64,000 bases of DNA. Origin: an uncultured Planctomycetaceae bacterium (GTDB lineage: Bacteria > Planctomycetota > Planctomycetia > Planctomycetales > Planctomycetaceae). Position 1 is the stretch's first letter, and each line of letters opens with the position of its first letter. A program made the position numbers and the translations under genes. Below the pieces are notes generated by a model that was not told where the DNA came from, ran no database searches, and saw nothing but the letters and a program-made list of their open reading frames with translations. Shown one piece after another: positions 54,293 to 64,000 of the stretch. The stretch covers positions 160,001-224,000 of the forward strand of contig CAWFGE010000021.1 of the NCBI GenBank assembly GCA_963815195.1. Direction: 5' to 3'.

Positions 54293-57200
54293 TCAGTTCT
54301 GTGTTCGCGCCTTCTGCACGAGATCGCTCATCACGATCGCCGTGATTAAGGCGGGATAGCTTCCCCGCTGTTCGAGGGCCGTTTTATGGATCCGCTCGAC
54401 CTCCGCGGCGTCGGCGGCGCCCAGCGGTCGTCCGAGGGCAAATTGCGTGAGCTTCCAGGTGAGCGTCTCTTGGACCCGATCGCTTTTCGCCAACAGGTCC
54501 ATCAACTCGGAGCATGTCTTGTACTTTATGGTCTTGGCGGTTCCCGGGAACAGAATTTCCCCATCGGCCCGCAGCCGATTCCCGAACTCGTCCTTCGCAT
54601 GAAATGCTCCGAGTCCATCGAACTGCTCCAAACCGAAGGCGAGCGGTTCGAACTTCTGATGGCAGCTGCCGCACGCCATGTTGGCGATGCGTTGCTCGGC
54701 GATGTCCCGCAGCGTCATGCCCGGCTTGGCGGGGACGGGCGTCGTATCGACTCCCGGCGGCGGGGCCCCGATCACGCCCCGCAGAACATCTTTCAGCACA
54801 AACAGCCCGCGCGTGACCATCGACGCATCGTCGCCGCCAATCGTCAGCACGCTCCCCTGGGTCAAGAGACCGCCGCGGGAAGCGACTTTCGAGAGGTCGT
54901 ACCGCTGGAGTCCGTCGCCCTTGGGCTTTAGGCCGTAATGCCGGGCCAATCGCGGCGTGGCGTAGGTGAACTGGGCGTTGAACAAATCGCGGAGCGGCCG
55001 GTTTTCCTTCCAGGCCACCTCCTCGAAAAAGGCCAGCGTCTCGTCGCGCATGTCGCGCCCCAACGCCTGTTCCCAATTCGGATAGCGTTTCGCGTTCGGC
55101 TGCATATTGCCCAGCCGGTCGAGATTGAGCCAATCCGAGACGAACTGTTTTGAACGCAACACCGCCCGCGGATCCTTGAGCATCCGCTGGATCTCCGCGC
55201 GGCATTGGTCGCGGTTGGAAAGCCGGCCTTCGCGCGCCGCTTGGAACAGTTCCACATCCGGCGGGCCGCCCCAGAGAATATAACTCATCCGCGAGGCGAG
55301 TTCATAGTCGCCCACGCGCCGTTCGCCGCCGGGGCCGCGCTGCCGTTCGATGCGGTAGATAAATCGCGGCGATTGGAGCATCGCTTCCACCATCAGCGAA
55401 ACGCCTTGCTCATAACTCCCGCCGGCACTCGCGACCGCTGTGAGGATGCCGCTGAAGTTGGTGACTTCGCGGTCGTCGAGCGGCCCGCGGAGCAGCCATT
55501 CGCCCGCAGCGGCGACGAATTTTCGCGCGGTGGCATCGGTATTCAGGCTCCGCGACTTCGAGAACCGGCCGGCGAACTTCAGCACATCCATCCGCGCGGC
55601 GATTAACTGAGCCAACTGCGAATAGGCTTCGACATGCTTCAGATCGACGTTCAAATTGTAGGCGGTGTTGCTGAATCCATCGGCTCTGAGGTCCGGAGGC
55701 AACAACTCGCGGGCCTCGTTGGCAATGTTGACGCCAACGGCGCTCCGGACCGTTTCGATGTACTCATCCACGGTCAGCCGCTGCACCCAAGCCTCACTCG
55801 CGCCGGGACTGCTTCTGTAAACCGCCGGGTCGATAAGTTCGACGGACCAAACCGCCCCTTCGTCGATCCACTGTTTCAGCAGTCCCTTTTCGGCTGAAGA
55901 CAGTGACGGGCCCTTGGGCGGCATTTCGCCGGAGGCCACGCGTTCCCAGAGCAGGCTGCCCTCCGATTTGCCGGGGACGATCACCTTGCCGCTCTCGCCG
56001 CCGGCGAACGCGGCTTCTTTTTGCGACAAATCGAGACCGCCTTTTTTGAGGGTCGGGTCGTGGCATTCGAGGCAATTGCGGGCGATCACCGGGGCCACTT
56101 GGGTGGCAAACGTTCGCGCGGCTTGCGCGTGGGCGAGTCTCTCGGCGGCGTGCGGATCCATTCCGGCCCGCGGCCCCGCGCGAAAGTTCTGGATCACTTC
56201 CTCCGAATCGAGCGCTCGGTGATAAATCGCGACGAGATGAATTTCCCCCAGCCAGGGCCGATCCGATGTTCTCTCGTTGGCCAGCACCAGCGGAAAGCCG
56301 CCGTCCCAGTTGGAAAGGTTTCCCGCAACCTTCTTGGCGGCGCGCTGTTTTCCGTCCAGGTACACCCGCGCGTCGCCGGCTTTGTCCCGCGTGTAAACGA
56401 TGTGGGTCAGCCGGGAAGCTGCGGTGCGGGCTCCGCTGTCGGTTTCGGGAATCCCGTTTTCACTGGTGGCCGTGGTGCGGAAGCGAATGTGATAGTGATC
56501 GCGTTCCTGCCCCAACGTGAAGTTGCGGAAACCGGAATCGTTCGAAAGCGAAACGATGCGGGCGGGGCCGTTCTGCGAATCGTTCGCCGGCGTGACCCAG
56601 GCTTCGATCGTCGCCGCCCCCGATTGCTTGAGAGCATCGACAATCTTCCGGGCCGCTGCGACCGATTGAATCTTCGTCGCCGACCGCACCACCAGAGAAC
56701 GGTCGCCCCACTGGATGGCCGAAGGCTTTTCGATCTTCAAGTCGAGCGGTTCGCCTTGTCCCGAACGATCTTTGACGAGGTCCCCGCGGCCGGCTTCAAA
56801 TGTGTAGAAGGCGGAGAGGCCCTGACTGACGCGCGGCGAAGTTGTGGGAGCATTCCGAACAAGCATCGGCGTCTCAGCGGGGCCGTCACGACCTGCGGCG
56901 AAGTTCCGCGTGACTTCGTTCGCCGAGAGAGCCCGGTCGTAAATCGCAACCAGATGCAATTCCCCAAGCCAGGGGCGATCGCCGGTGACTTCGTTGGCCA
57001 GCGACAGCCGGAAGTTCTTGTCCCATCCCGAAAGCCCGCCGGCGACCTTCTTGGATGTTTTGGGCTTGCCATCGATGAAAATCCGAACGCTGCCGTCGGG
57101 GCTGCGTGTGAAGACGACATGCGTCAGCGATGTGGCCGCCGATTGGTCCGGGGCGCTCGTGGAGGGGATTCCATTCGTGCTGGTCGAGGTCGTCCGCAGC

Positions 57201-57682
57201 CGCACATCGTACCGCCGGCCGTCTTGCCCCAGCGTGAAATTGCGTTGGTTGGGGTCGGCGGAAAGGGAAACAATCCGCGCGGGACCGTCCTGCGTTTCCC
57301 GCTCCGGCTTGATCCAGGCTTCGATGGTGAGCGCATTCGTCCGCCGGATGGCATCGATGATCTTCCGGGCCGGTCCCGTGGAATGGATAAGCGTCGACGA
57401 GCGAACTCTCAACCCCGCTTTCCGCCACTCGACGGCCGAAGTGTTTTCGATCTTCAAATCGAGCGCGCTGCCGACCCCCGACCGATCGCGGATGAGGTCG
57501 CCTTGGCCCTCGTCAAATGTGTAGAGCACTTGCAAACCGTCCGTGACCCGCCCCGCATCCGCCGCGCGTATTCCGGGAATGGAGGACATTGACAGGAGCA
57601 TCAAGACCGAAAGGGACAGGCTTCGTCCGACCGTCCTCATTTTCCGATTCGAACTGCTCAAGGTGTGGAGTCGATCGATCAT
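54293..57682 (-). CDS. DUF1592/DUF1588-family protein with two LamG-like domains and cytochrome c motifs
   Basis: Two TIEAW..P...Q.GPARIVSLS domains, CLECH, RLTVDEY, LQSPRFIYR, ELASRMSY, RGGLLTQGS, CGSCH. Confidence 0.85.
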   Translation of the reverse strand: MIDRLHTLSSSNRKMRTVGRSLSLSVLMLLSMSSIPGIRAADAGRVTDGLQVLYTFDEGQGDLIRDRSGVGSALDLKIENTSAVEWRKAGLRVRSSTLIHSTGPARKIIDAIRRTNALTIEAWIKPERETQDGPARIVSLSADPNQRNFTLGQDGRRYDVRLRTTSTSTNGIPSTSAPDQSAATSLTHVVFTRSPDGSVRIFIDGKPKTSKKVAGGLSGWDKNFRLSLANEVTGDRPWLGELHLVAIYDRALSANEVTRNFAAGRDGPAETPMLVRNAPTTSPRVSQGLSAFYTFEAGRGDLVKDRSGQGEPLDLKIEKPSAIQWGDRSLVVRSATKIQSVAAARKIVDALKQSGAATIEAWVTPANDSQNGPARIVSLSNDSGFRNFTLGQERDHYHIRFRTTATSENGIPETDSGARTAASRLTHIVYTRDKAGDARVYLDGKQRAAKKVAGNLSNWDGGFPLVLANERTSDRPWLGEIHLVAIYHRALDSEEVIQNFRAGPRAGMDPHAAERLAHAQAARTFATQVAPVIARNCLECHDPTLKKGGLDLSQKEAAFAGGESGKVIVPGKSEGSLLWERVASGEMPPKGPSLSSAEKGLLKQWIDEGAVWSVELIDPAVYRSSPGASEAWVQRLTVDEYIETVRSAVGVNIANEARELLPPDLRADGFSNTAYNLNVDLKHVEAYSQLAQLIAARMDVLKFAGRFSKSRSLNTDATARKFVAAAGEWLLRGPLDDREVTNFSGILTAVASAGGSYEQGVSLMVEAMLQSPRFIYRIERQRGPGGERRVGDYELASRMSYILWGGPPDVELFQAAREGRLSNRDQCRAEIQRMLKDPRAVLRSKQFVSDWLNLDRLGNMQPNAKRYPNWEQALGRDMRDETLAFFEEVAWKENRPLRDLFNAQFTYATPRLARHYGLKPKGDGLQRYDLSKVASRGGLLTQGSVLTIGGDDASMVTRGLFVLKDVLRGVIGAPPPGVDTTPVPAKPGMTLRDIAEQRIANMACGSCHQKFEPLAFGLEQFDGLGAFHAKDEFGNRLRADGEILFPGTAKTIKYKTCSELMDLLAKSDRVQETLTWKLTQFALGRPLGAADAAEVERIHKTALEQRGSYPALITAIVMSDLVQKARTQN

Positions 57683-57744
57683 GTTTCGTTTCCCTGTCTT
57701 GGTTTCAATCACACAAACGGCGGCCGGCGGATCTTGAGGAAGCT

Positions 57745-58419
57745 TTACACATCAGTCCAGAACCGCCGCAACCCGCGCTCGAGATGCTCACTCGCGAGAC
57801 TCGCGGCCCGCGCCCCGTCGCCCGCGACCAACGCCTCCAGAATCGCCTGATGTTCGTCGCACGACTCCGCCATCCGCTCGGGCGTTTTTTGCGAAATCTG
57901 ATAGATCACCCGCCGGATCCTGTCGCTAAGACGCTGAAGCACCCGGGTGATTTCCTCGTTTCCGAAGAAGTCGAACAACATCCGATGAAACTCGGCATCG
58001 CATTCCACCACATCGTCCACCTGCTGTTTTCGCGTTGCCTCGCGATACCGCGTTTGGTTCTCGCGCAGTTGGCGAATTTGATCCTTCGATAACCGGCCGG
58101 CCAGGCGATTGAGGACAAATGGCTCGAGCGCCTGCCGGATTTGGTAATGATTGACGACGTCCTGGAGGGACATCTCCCGCACGATCACCCCGTGCTGCGG
58201 GGCGAGCGAGACCAGCCCATCGGCCTCCAGGCGTTCGATCGCGGCGTGCACGGGCGTCCGGCTCATCTTGAGTTGCACCGCCAGTTGCCGGACAGAAAGC
58301 ACCGCGCCCGCGGTGAGTTCACCGGCCAGAATCAGCCGTTTCAGCTTCAGATACGCTTGTTGCTTCAAAGACGCATTGCTTGCCGGGACAAGCTTTGAAG
58401 TGGTTTGGGGCATTACCAT
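57745..58419 (-). CDS. GntR/FCD family transcriptional regulator
   Basis: LAVQLKMSRTPVHAAIERLEADGLV, DAEFH, DEHQAILEAL. Confidence 0.92.
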   Translation of the reverse strand: MVMPQTTSKLVPASNASLKQQAYLKLKRLILAGELTAGAVLSVRQLAVQLKMSRTPVHAAIERLEADGLVSLAPQHGVIVREMSLQDVVNHYQIRQALEPFVLNRLAGRLSKDQIRQLRENQTRYREATRKQQVDDVVECDAEFHRMLFDFFGNEEITRVLQRLSDRIRRVIYQISQKTPERMAESCDEHQAILEALVAGDGARAASLASEHLERGLRRFWTDV

Positions 58420-58468
58420 GGGAAAGGTCCATTGGTCGTCATCGGGACAACGCGGCTTTGATTTAGGC

Positions 58469-58498
58469 AGCATAACTGGCATGCCAGCGGCGTGTCAA
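58469..58498 (-). promoter_or_regulatory. GntR promoter with palindromic operator
   Basis: TTGACA-N18-TATGCT; perfect palindrome CTGGCATGCCAG (58476-58487) in the spacer. Confidence 0.6.
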
Positions 58499-58595
58499 CC
58501 GAGTGTCCGTGAATCGCAAACATGAACGAAAGCGCAACTGACAACAGAAATTGAAAGCGGCAAAGCGACCTCTTTTGCAAAACGAATGCGCGAAT

Positions 58596-58659
58596 CGCCC
58601 GTGAGGATCAATGACCGGATCGGATCGGATCGGATCGGATCAAAAACATCCCACGGGCG
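58596..58659. repeat. Hairpin with (CGGAT)5 in the loop, downstream of ACP
   Basis: CGCCCGTG(A)GGAT / ATCCCACGGGCG arms; five CGGAT units 58616-58640. Confidence 0.6.
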
Positions 58660-58692
58660 TCGGCAAGCAGAAGGTCGGGGCCTGACCTATCG

Positions 58693-58956
58693 TCAGACGT
58701 GGCTTTCGACGTCTTTGAGTTTGGGGGTGAGGTAATCGACGGTGCTGCTCATGCTGGCGAGATGGACGTAGTCTTCTTCGGGGATCTGGACGCGGTATTG
58801 TTTGCGCAACTCCATCACGATGTCCAGAAAATCCATGCTGTCCAGTTCCATTTGCTCGCGGAACGGCTCTTGGTCTTCCAGGTTCGTCAGGTCTTCATCG
58901 GGGGCGATGCGCTCTAAGATGTCGAGGATAACCTGCCTGATTTGTCCCGAATTCAT
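58693..58956 (-). CDS. Acyl carrier protein
   Basis: Acidic 87 aa; LDSMDFLDIVMEL phosphopantetheine motif. Confidence 0.9.
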   Translation of the reverse strand: MNSGQIRQVILDILERIAPDEDLTNLEDQEPFREQMELDSMDFLDIVMELRKQYRVQIPEEDYVHLASMSSTVDYLTPKLKDVESHV

Positions 58957-59009
58957 TCAGTGGCTCCAGCGGATGGTTGCGTTGTGTCTCGGATCGGGTG
59001 GGTTTTAGG

Positions 59010-59063
59010 AGCCCGAAGCGCAAGCGAGGGATTTTCGTTTTTCCCTCGCTTGCGCCTCGGGCT
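59010..59063. repeat. REP-like doublet
   Basis: AGCCCGAAGCGCAAGCGAGGGA / TCCCTCGCTTGCGCCTCGGGCT; arm also at 38122 and 24230. Confidence 0.8.
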
Positions 59064-59089
59064 GGTGTGTTTAGGTTTCGGATTGAGAA

Positions 59090-60344
59090 TCAATCCCCTT
59101 CGTATTTTTTGAGGATCACCACGGAGTTGATCCCTAGCATTCCGAACGAGTTGTTCAGAATGTAGCGGACCGGCCCGACTTCGCGGGGTTCGTTGGCGAC
59201 GATGTTTCGGAGCGGACACTTGGGATCCAAGTGATTCAGATTGATTGTAGCGTGTGCGATCCCATCGTCAAACGAAGGCAGATTTCCCAAAAGCTCCAAA
59301 GCCCCGGCGGCGCCCATCGCGTGGCCGATGAAACTCTTGGTGTTGTTGACCACGGCTTTCGTGTCGTCGCCGAAGACTTCGTGGAGAGCCAAGGCCTCTT
59401 CCAAATCGCCCTGCTCGGTGGCGGTGGCGTGGCTGCTGACGATGTCGATTTCGCCCGGCTTCAAATTCGCCCGCCCGAGAGCCAGGCGGATGCACTCCGC
59501 CTGTCGGCCGTGGTGAGGCAGGACGAAATCGTGGGCGTCGGAATTCATCGCATAACCCACGATCTCTCCGTAAATCGTCGCGCCGCGGGCCAAGGCGTCG
59601 GGCAGGCGTTCCAGGGTGCACAGGGCGCCGCCCTCGGCCACGACGATGCCGTTGCGGTCCCGATCGAAAGGCCGGCAGGCTTGGGCGGGATCTTCGTGGC
59701 GGGCCAGGGCCCCCTGGCTTTGAAAGCTCGCAAAAATCCCGAAGGTGTGAATGCTCTCCGAAACACCCCCGGCGATCGCCAGATCGACCTCGCCCAAACG
59801 CAGCATTTGCGCGGCTTGAATGTAACCCGCATTCCCCGCGGCACACGCGGCCCCGATCGTCAAATGGGGGCCGGTGATTTTGAGGCTCAGCGTGATCTCG
59901 CCCGCCGGGTTGTTGGCGACGGTACGGGGGTTGTGGTGATGCGACCAGACTTTGGTGTCGTAGTCGAATTTCGAGATTTCGTAGATTTCGTTTTCGGTCT
60001 CGACGTTGCCGTGCTCGGTGATGCCCACATACACGCCCACGCGGTTTCGCGGGACGGTTTCCCAATCCAGCCCGGCGTGGCGGATGGCTTCGTTCGCGCA
60101 GTATACGCCGATGGACCCGGCCCGCGTGCCCCGGCGGACTTCCTTCCGCTTCTGATAACGAAGTTCATCGAAGTGGCAGACCCCGGCGAGCACCGGCCCC
60201 ATGATAGCGGGTTTCGTACGGGATCACGCCGGACCGCCCCGAGAGCAAAGCCGCCCGGAACTCCGCGAGGTTATTCCCGTTGGGAGCCGTCAGACCGATG
60301 CCCGTGAGGACGATCCGGTCCCGATCAGATGGAGAAGTCTGCAT
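59090..60344 (-). CDS. Beta-ketoacyl-ACP synthase (FabF-like); apparent extra base near 60203
   Basis: RIVLTGIGLTAPNG, GAACAAG, PFDRDRNG, SHATAT, KSFIGHAMG, NNSFG. Confidence 0.88.
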
Positions 60345-60649
60345 CCGTTCTACCGCACGCTCGCCGGACCGCAATGCCGCCCGGCGCGAAAAACGAGGAA
60401 CTGCTTATGAGGGTTGGACTTACGAAAAATGGTTCGGAATGAAGCCGGGAGCGCGAAACTGTGTATTTTAGGAGATTAACCTGTTCCCCACCGGCTCGCA
60501 AGCGGGGGCAAATTCCAATTTCCGGGTTTTCTCTGAAGTTCCGGTCCGAAAGGCTTCCCTTGCCCCGCGGTTTCCGGGGATGAATCCTCGAAAAATCCGG
60601 TCTTGCATTAAAGTTTGGGTTTCGCATAATCCCCGCGTGCCTGGTCAGA

Positions 60650-60685
60650 TTCTCCGCGGCGAAACCGCCGCGGCCCCATTGAAGC
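60650..60685 (+). CRISPR. Solitary type I-G-like CRISPR repeat (single unit, no array or cas genes in window)
   Basis: 36 bp TTCTCCGCGGCGAAACCGCCGCGGCCCCATTGAAGC with CCGCGGCG/CGCCGCGG stem and ATTGAAGC end. Confidence 0.55.
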
Positions 60686-60700
60686 ACGGAATGAGTCCGC

Positions 60701-61597
60701 ATGTGGTGCACGAAGTGTCAAGCGGAGGTGGCGGCGGAAATGGCTCCGGACAACCGCCGGCTGTTATGTGCGAGCTGCGGTTCGCCGGTTCGCACTGTGC
60801 CGCTTTCGCCCACGGAGGACAAAACCCGCCAGGCGCGGGAACTTCTGGAGCGCTGGTCCAAAACCCGCTGGTCCGAACCCGCCGCGGATCCGGCGGATTC
60901 CCTGCGGCTGAATTTCGCGCCCTCGCCGCAAATGTCGAATGAAGGCCCGGCGGCCCGGGTGCCGCCCGGCTCCACATTCCGCGTGGACGATCCCCACCCC
61001 GACCGCGGCACCGCGACCGACGCCGACACGCGGAAGGAAACTCGCCAGGCCGCGGAAGCACCAAAGCCGGCGGCTGCTCGGCAGGAATCTTACAGTCCGC
61101 CCCCGTCGCGGACGCACCATCCGCACGGCGTCTCGGCTCCGCCACCGCATTTTCCTGCCGAGCCTCCGCCCGCGATAGATTTTTCCGACGACATCCCCCG
61201 CAGCACGTCGTCCAAGCTGCAAGCGTTTTGGGGGCAGATGCTGGCCTACGCGGGCGTGTTGGCCCTCACCATCGGGGCGGTGTTCGTGCTCTTGGGATAC
61301 TTCGGCGGCGCCCAATGGCAGTCCTACACGCCCACCGGCTGGCTGGTAACGACCATCGGCCAGATGCTGCTGTTTCTGGGCGTCGTGACGCTGGTTTCCG
61401 GGGGAATGGAGCAAACCACCGAAGAAGTCGCCCGGCGGATTGATCGGCTTGGCCAACGCATCATCCGCATCGAATGGGCCGCGGGAAACCATGTCCTCAA
61501 AGGCCCCAATTTGCCCGCCGAGCAATTCCAGGCAAACGCCGACGGGCAAACCAGCGGCCAAACCGCCGGGCAGAGCGAAACTCAGAAAACGTCTTAA
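60701..61597 (+). CDS. Zinc-ribbon/Pro-rich membrane protein
   Basis: MWCTKC...CASCG, disordered middle, two TMs, coiled coil. Confidence 0.78.
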   Translation: MWCTKCQAEVAAEMAPDNRRLLCASCGSPVRTVPLSPTEDKTRQARELLERWSKTRWSEPAADPADSLRLNFAPSPQMSNEGPAARVPPGSTFRVDDPHPDRGTATDADTRKETRQAAEAPKPAAARQESYSPPPSRTHHPHGVSAPPPHFPAEPPPAIDFSDDIPRSTSSKLQAFWGQMLAYAGVLALTIGAVFVLLGYFGGAQWQSYTPTGWLVTTIGQMLLFLGVVTLVSGGMEQTTEEVARRIDRLGQRIIRIEWAAGNHVLKGPNLPAEQFQANADGQTSGQTAGQSETQKTS

Positions 61598-61689
61598 GCA
61601 GAACCAGGGAAGCCGTCGGGGAAGTTTCTGGGGTTTTTGTGAGTGATCAGCCAGCTTGCGCTGGCCGTTCGCCTTGCTGGTTTTTCACG

Positions 61690-62187
61690 TCACGGGGCGA
61701 TGAAGGCCAGGTAATAAAACAACAGGCCGGTGATCGAGGTCAGCGTGAGGTCGATCGTGGAAATCCAGCCCAGCGTCTTGTGAAGCCCGCTGTGCACTCC
61801 GGGAGCGGGCGGCTTGGGGAACCGCCGGAGGGCCAGAGCGATCGTGACCGCCCACAGAATCGGCGTCGTCACCGCAAAGCACAAATGCACGTAAAGCATG
61901 CTGCGGATGCGGGCCATCTCCTCGGCCGATCGGCGCGGGGCGTCGGGGTTCTTGTTGACCACGTTTTCCCAGCCGCCGTGGACAAGTTGCACGTCCACCT
62001 CAAACGCCGCGACCGCAAACAACAACACGCCGGCGAGAGTCAATTGCAGAAATTTATGCCGGGGGTAGTTCTGCCGCTTTTTGACGAGAAATATGCTATA
62101 GATCAGGGCGGGCACGACCAGCACCAGCGCGCACACCACCACGTCCAGCATAAACGTCGTCTGATAGCCCAAAAATCCCTCGGCCAT
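61690..62187 (-). CDS. DUF420 family membrane protein
   Basis: Four TMs; HKFLQ, LYVHLCFA, HKTLGW, TSITGLLFY. Confidence 0.8.
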   Translation of the reverse strand: MAEGFLGYQTTFMLDVVVCALVLVVPALIYSIFLVKKRQNYPRHKFLQLTLAGVLLFAVAAFEVDVQLVHGGWENVVNKNPDAPRRSAEEMARIRSMLYVHLCFAVTTPILWAVTIALALRRFPKPPAPGVHSGLHKTLGWISTIDLTLTSITGLLFYYLAFIAP

Positions 62188-62268
62188 GGTCGCTCCTTGT
62201 CAGAAATTCACCTGGAGAGACATTAGCAAAAGCGCCCGCGTTGTCCAGCGGCAAAGATCCCGCGGTGG

Positions 62269-62428
62269 GAAATCCGAAATCCGAAGCACGAAATCCGAAA
62301 AAAAATCCCAATCACTGAAATCCAAAGATCCAAACTTTGCGCGTCGGGTGTGGTAATGAATGGAGGGATTTGTTGGGATATTCGGATTTGGGATTTGTTT
62401 CGGATTTCGGATTTCGTCCTTCGGGTTT
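62269..62428. repeat. Inverted heptamer-repeat element (AAATCCG)n, second copy
   Basis: Shares AAATCCGAAGCACGAAATCCGAAA with 22215. Confidence 0.75.
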
Positions 62429-62584
62429 GAGGTCTCGAAAGAAATCGCCAAGCGGGGTGGGGAATTGCCCCCGGTCTGATTGCTCCCCTGGGCCGGGTTT
62501 TGTAACCTGCAACTTCGCGTATAGAATTGATCTGACCTCCTCTCGCTGGAGAGAGTGACCGCTAACGGAGTACAAAAGCCCGAT

Positions 62585-64000
62585 ATGTCCGCCCCGCCTC
62601 CGGAGAAACCCGCCCCGCCGCCCGGCAAACGCCCGCCTTCCCGCCGCGACAGCGGAGACGAAGCCCCGCGTCCCGGCTTTTCCAGCGGCTGGCTGATTGT
62701 GATCGTCCTTTTGGGTTTTCTGATGATCTATTTGTATCAGCAGAATCCCGAAAACTCGGGACGCACGGTGGCGTATTCGCTGTTCCTCGAACAGGTCGAA
62801 AAGAAAAACGTCAGCGAGGTTACGTTTCACGGCGAGGTCCTCACCGGGAAATGGAAAAAACCGCCCCAGGATCCCGATGACACCAAGGAGCCCCTGCCGG
62901 ACGACTTCAACACGGTCGTCCCCCCGCCGGCTCTGCAGGACTCCAAACTCAACACGAAACTCGAGGATGCGGGCGTCCAAATCGTCGCGAAGGCCACCGG
63001 CACGGGCATGGGGACGCAACTTGTGTTCTGGATGCTCGGGCCGATCTTGCTGATCGGGTTTTTCTGGTTCATGATGCGCCGCTCGAGCGATCCGATGGGC
63101 GGCGGCATGATGGGCAATTTCATCCGCAGCCAGGCCAAGCGGTTCCAAGCCTCCGACCAGCGGACCACCTTCGACGACGTGGCCGCGATGGAACAGGCCA
63201 AGATGGAGATGCAGGAACTGGTCGAATACCTCAAAAGCCCCGCCAAGTTCCAACGCCTGGGGGCGACGATTCCCAAAGGCGTGCTCTTGATGGGGGCACC
63301 CGGCACCGGCAAAACTCTGATCGCGCGGGCCACGGCGGGCGAAGCCGGCGTGCCGTTTTATTCGATCAACGGTTCCGAGTTCATCCAGATGTTCGTCGGC
63401 GTGGGGGCGAGCCGGGTCCGCGATCTGTTCCGCACCGCCAAGGACAACGCGCCCTGCATCATCTTTATTGATGAGATCGACGCCGTCGGCCGGGTTCGCG
63501 GAGCGGGCGTCGGCGGCGGGCACGATGAACGCGAGCAAACGCTGAACCAGATCCTCAGCGAGATGGACGGTTTTACGCCCACGGAAGCTCTGATCGTGAT
63601 GGCCGCCACCAACCGCCCCGACGTGCTCGATCCCGCGCTTTTGCGGCCGGGCCGGTTCGATCGGCACATCACCATCGACCGCCCCACCAAAGCGGGCCGG
63701 CTCGGCATCTTGAAAGTCCACTGCCGCAAAGTCCCGCTGGGCGAAGATGTGAACCTCGAAGAAATCGCCGCCGCCACGATCGGGTTCTCGGGGGCGGAAC
63801 TTAAAAACCTCGTGAACGAGGCGGCCCTAAACGCCGCCCGCAGTTCGCAAAGCGTGGTCAAGCGGGACGATTTCGATTATGCCCGCGACCGCGTGCTGAT
63901 GGGGCCGCGCCGCGAGGAAATCCTCAACGCCCACGAACGCGAGATGACGGCTTACCACGAAGCCGGCCACGCTTTGTTGGGCTGGATCCTTCCCGAAGCC
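62585..64000 (+). CDS. ftsH: ATP-dependent zinc metalloprotease FtsH (runs off window end)
   Basis: Manual translation: two TMs, [51 protein letters not shown]. Confidence 0.95.
   Translation, partial: MSAPPPEKPAPPPGKRPPSRRDSGDEAPRPGFSSGWLIVIVLLGFLMIYLYQQNPENSGRTVAYSLFLEQVEKKNVSEVTFHGEVLTGKWKKPPQDPDDTKEPLPDDFNTVVPPPALQDSKLNTKLEDAGVQIVAKATGTGMGTQLVFWMLGPILLIGFFWFMMRRSSDPMGGGMMGNFIRSQAKRFQASDQRTTFDDVAAMEQAKMEMQELVEYLKSPAKFQRLGATIPKGVLLMGAPGTGKTLIARATAGEAGVPFYSINGSEFIQMFVGVGASRVRDLFRTAKDNAPCIIFIDEIDAVGRVRGAGVGGGHDEREQTLNQILSEMDGFTPTEALIVMAATNRPDVLDPALLRPGRFDRHITIDRPTKAGRLGILKVHCRKVPLGEDVNLEEIAAATIGFSGAELKNLVNEAALNAARSSQSVVKRDDFDYARDRVLMGPRREEILNAHEREMTAYHEAGHALLGWILPEA

Noticed and set aside
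60481..60590. Two hairpins loosely resembling type I-E CRISPR repeats
   Set aside because: They differ from each other and from the 60650 unit; short GC stems are expected by chance.
62312..63721. 469-aa minus-strand ORF
   Set aside because: Antisense to ftsH, which the ORF track missed because it runs off the window.

Overview
GC-rich chromosomal window from a Planctomycetota bacterium (inferred from DUF1559 prepilin-like genes, a DUF1552/DUF1592 pair, several sulfatases, DUF11 and GYF-domain proteins). It carries housekeeping genes (moeA, ggt, deoC, epmA, dapF, a ketosynthase-ACP pair, ftsH), a type II secretion/type IV pilus-like cluster (short GspE/PilB ATPase, three GspF/PilC paralogs, three pseudopilins, DUF1559), a hybrid histidine kinase, tandem DUF1559 paralogs, a VIT-vWA/DUF4159 pair and many REP/REPIN-like intergenic palindromes. 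Ten genes contain 11 single-base frameshifts, most likely assembly errors. The best candidate for an undescribed system is at 43.4-47.1 kb: a sigma-54 promoter drives a ~180-nt rod-shaped RNA (6S-like or sRNA, with an embedded 37-codon ORF), divergent from a membrane-anchored sigma-54 activator, with palindromic enhancer-like sites between them. A second candidate is a solitary 36-bp type I-G-like CRISPR repeat in a 5' UTR at 60650-60685. All family assignments come from motif recognition by eye; no searches were run.
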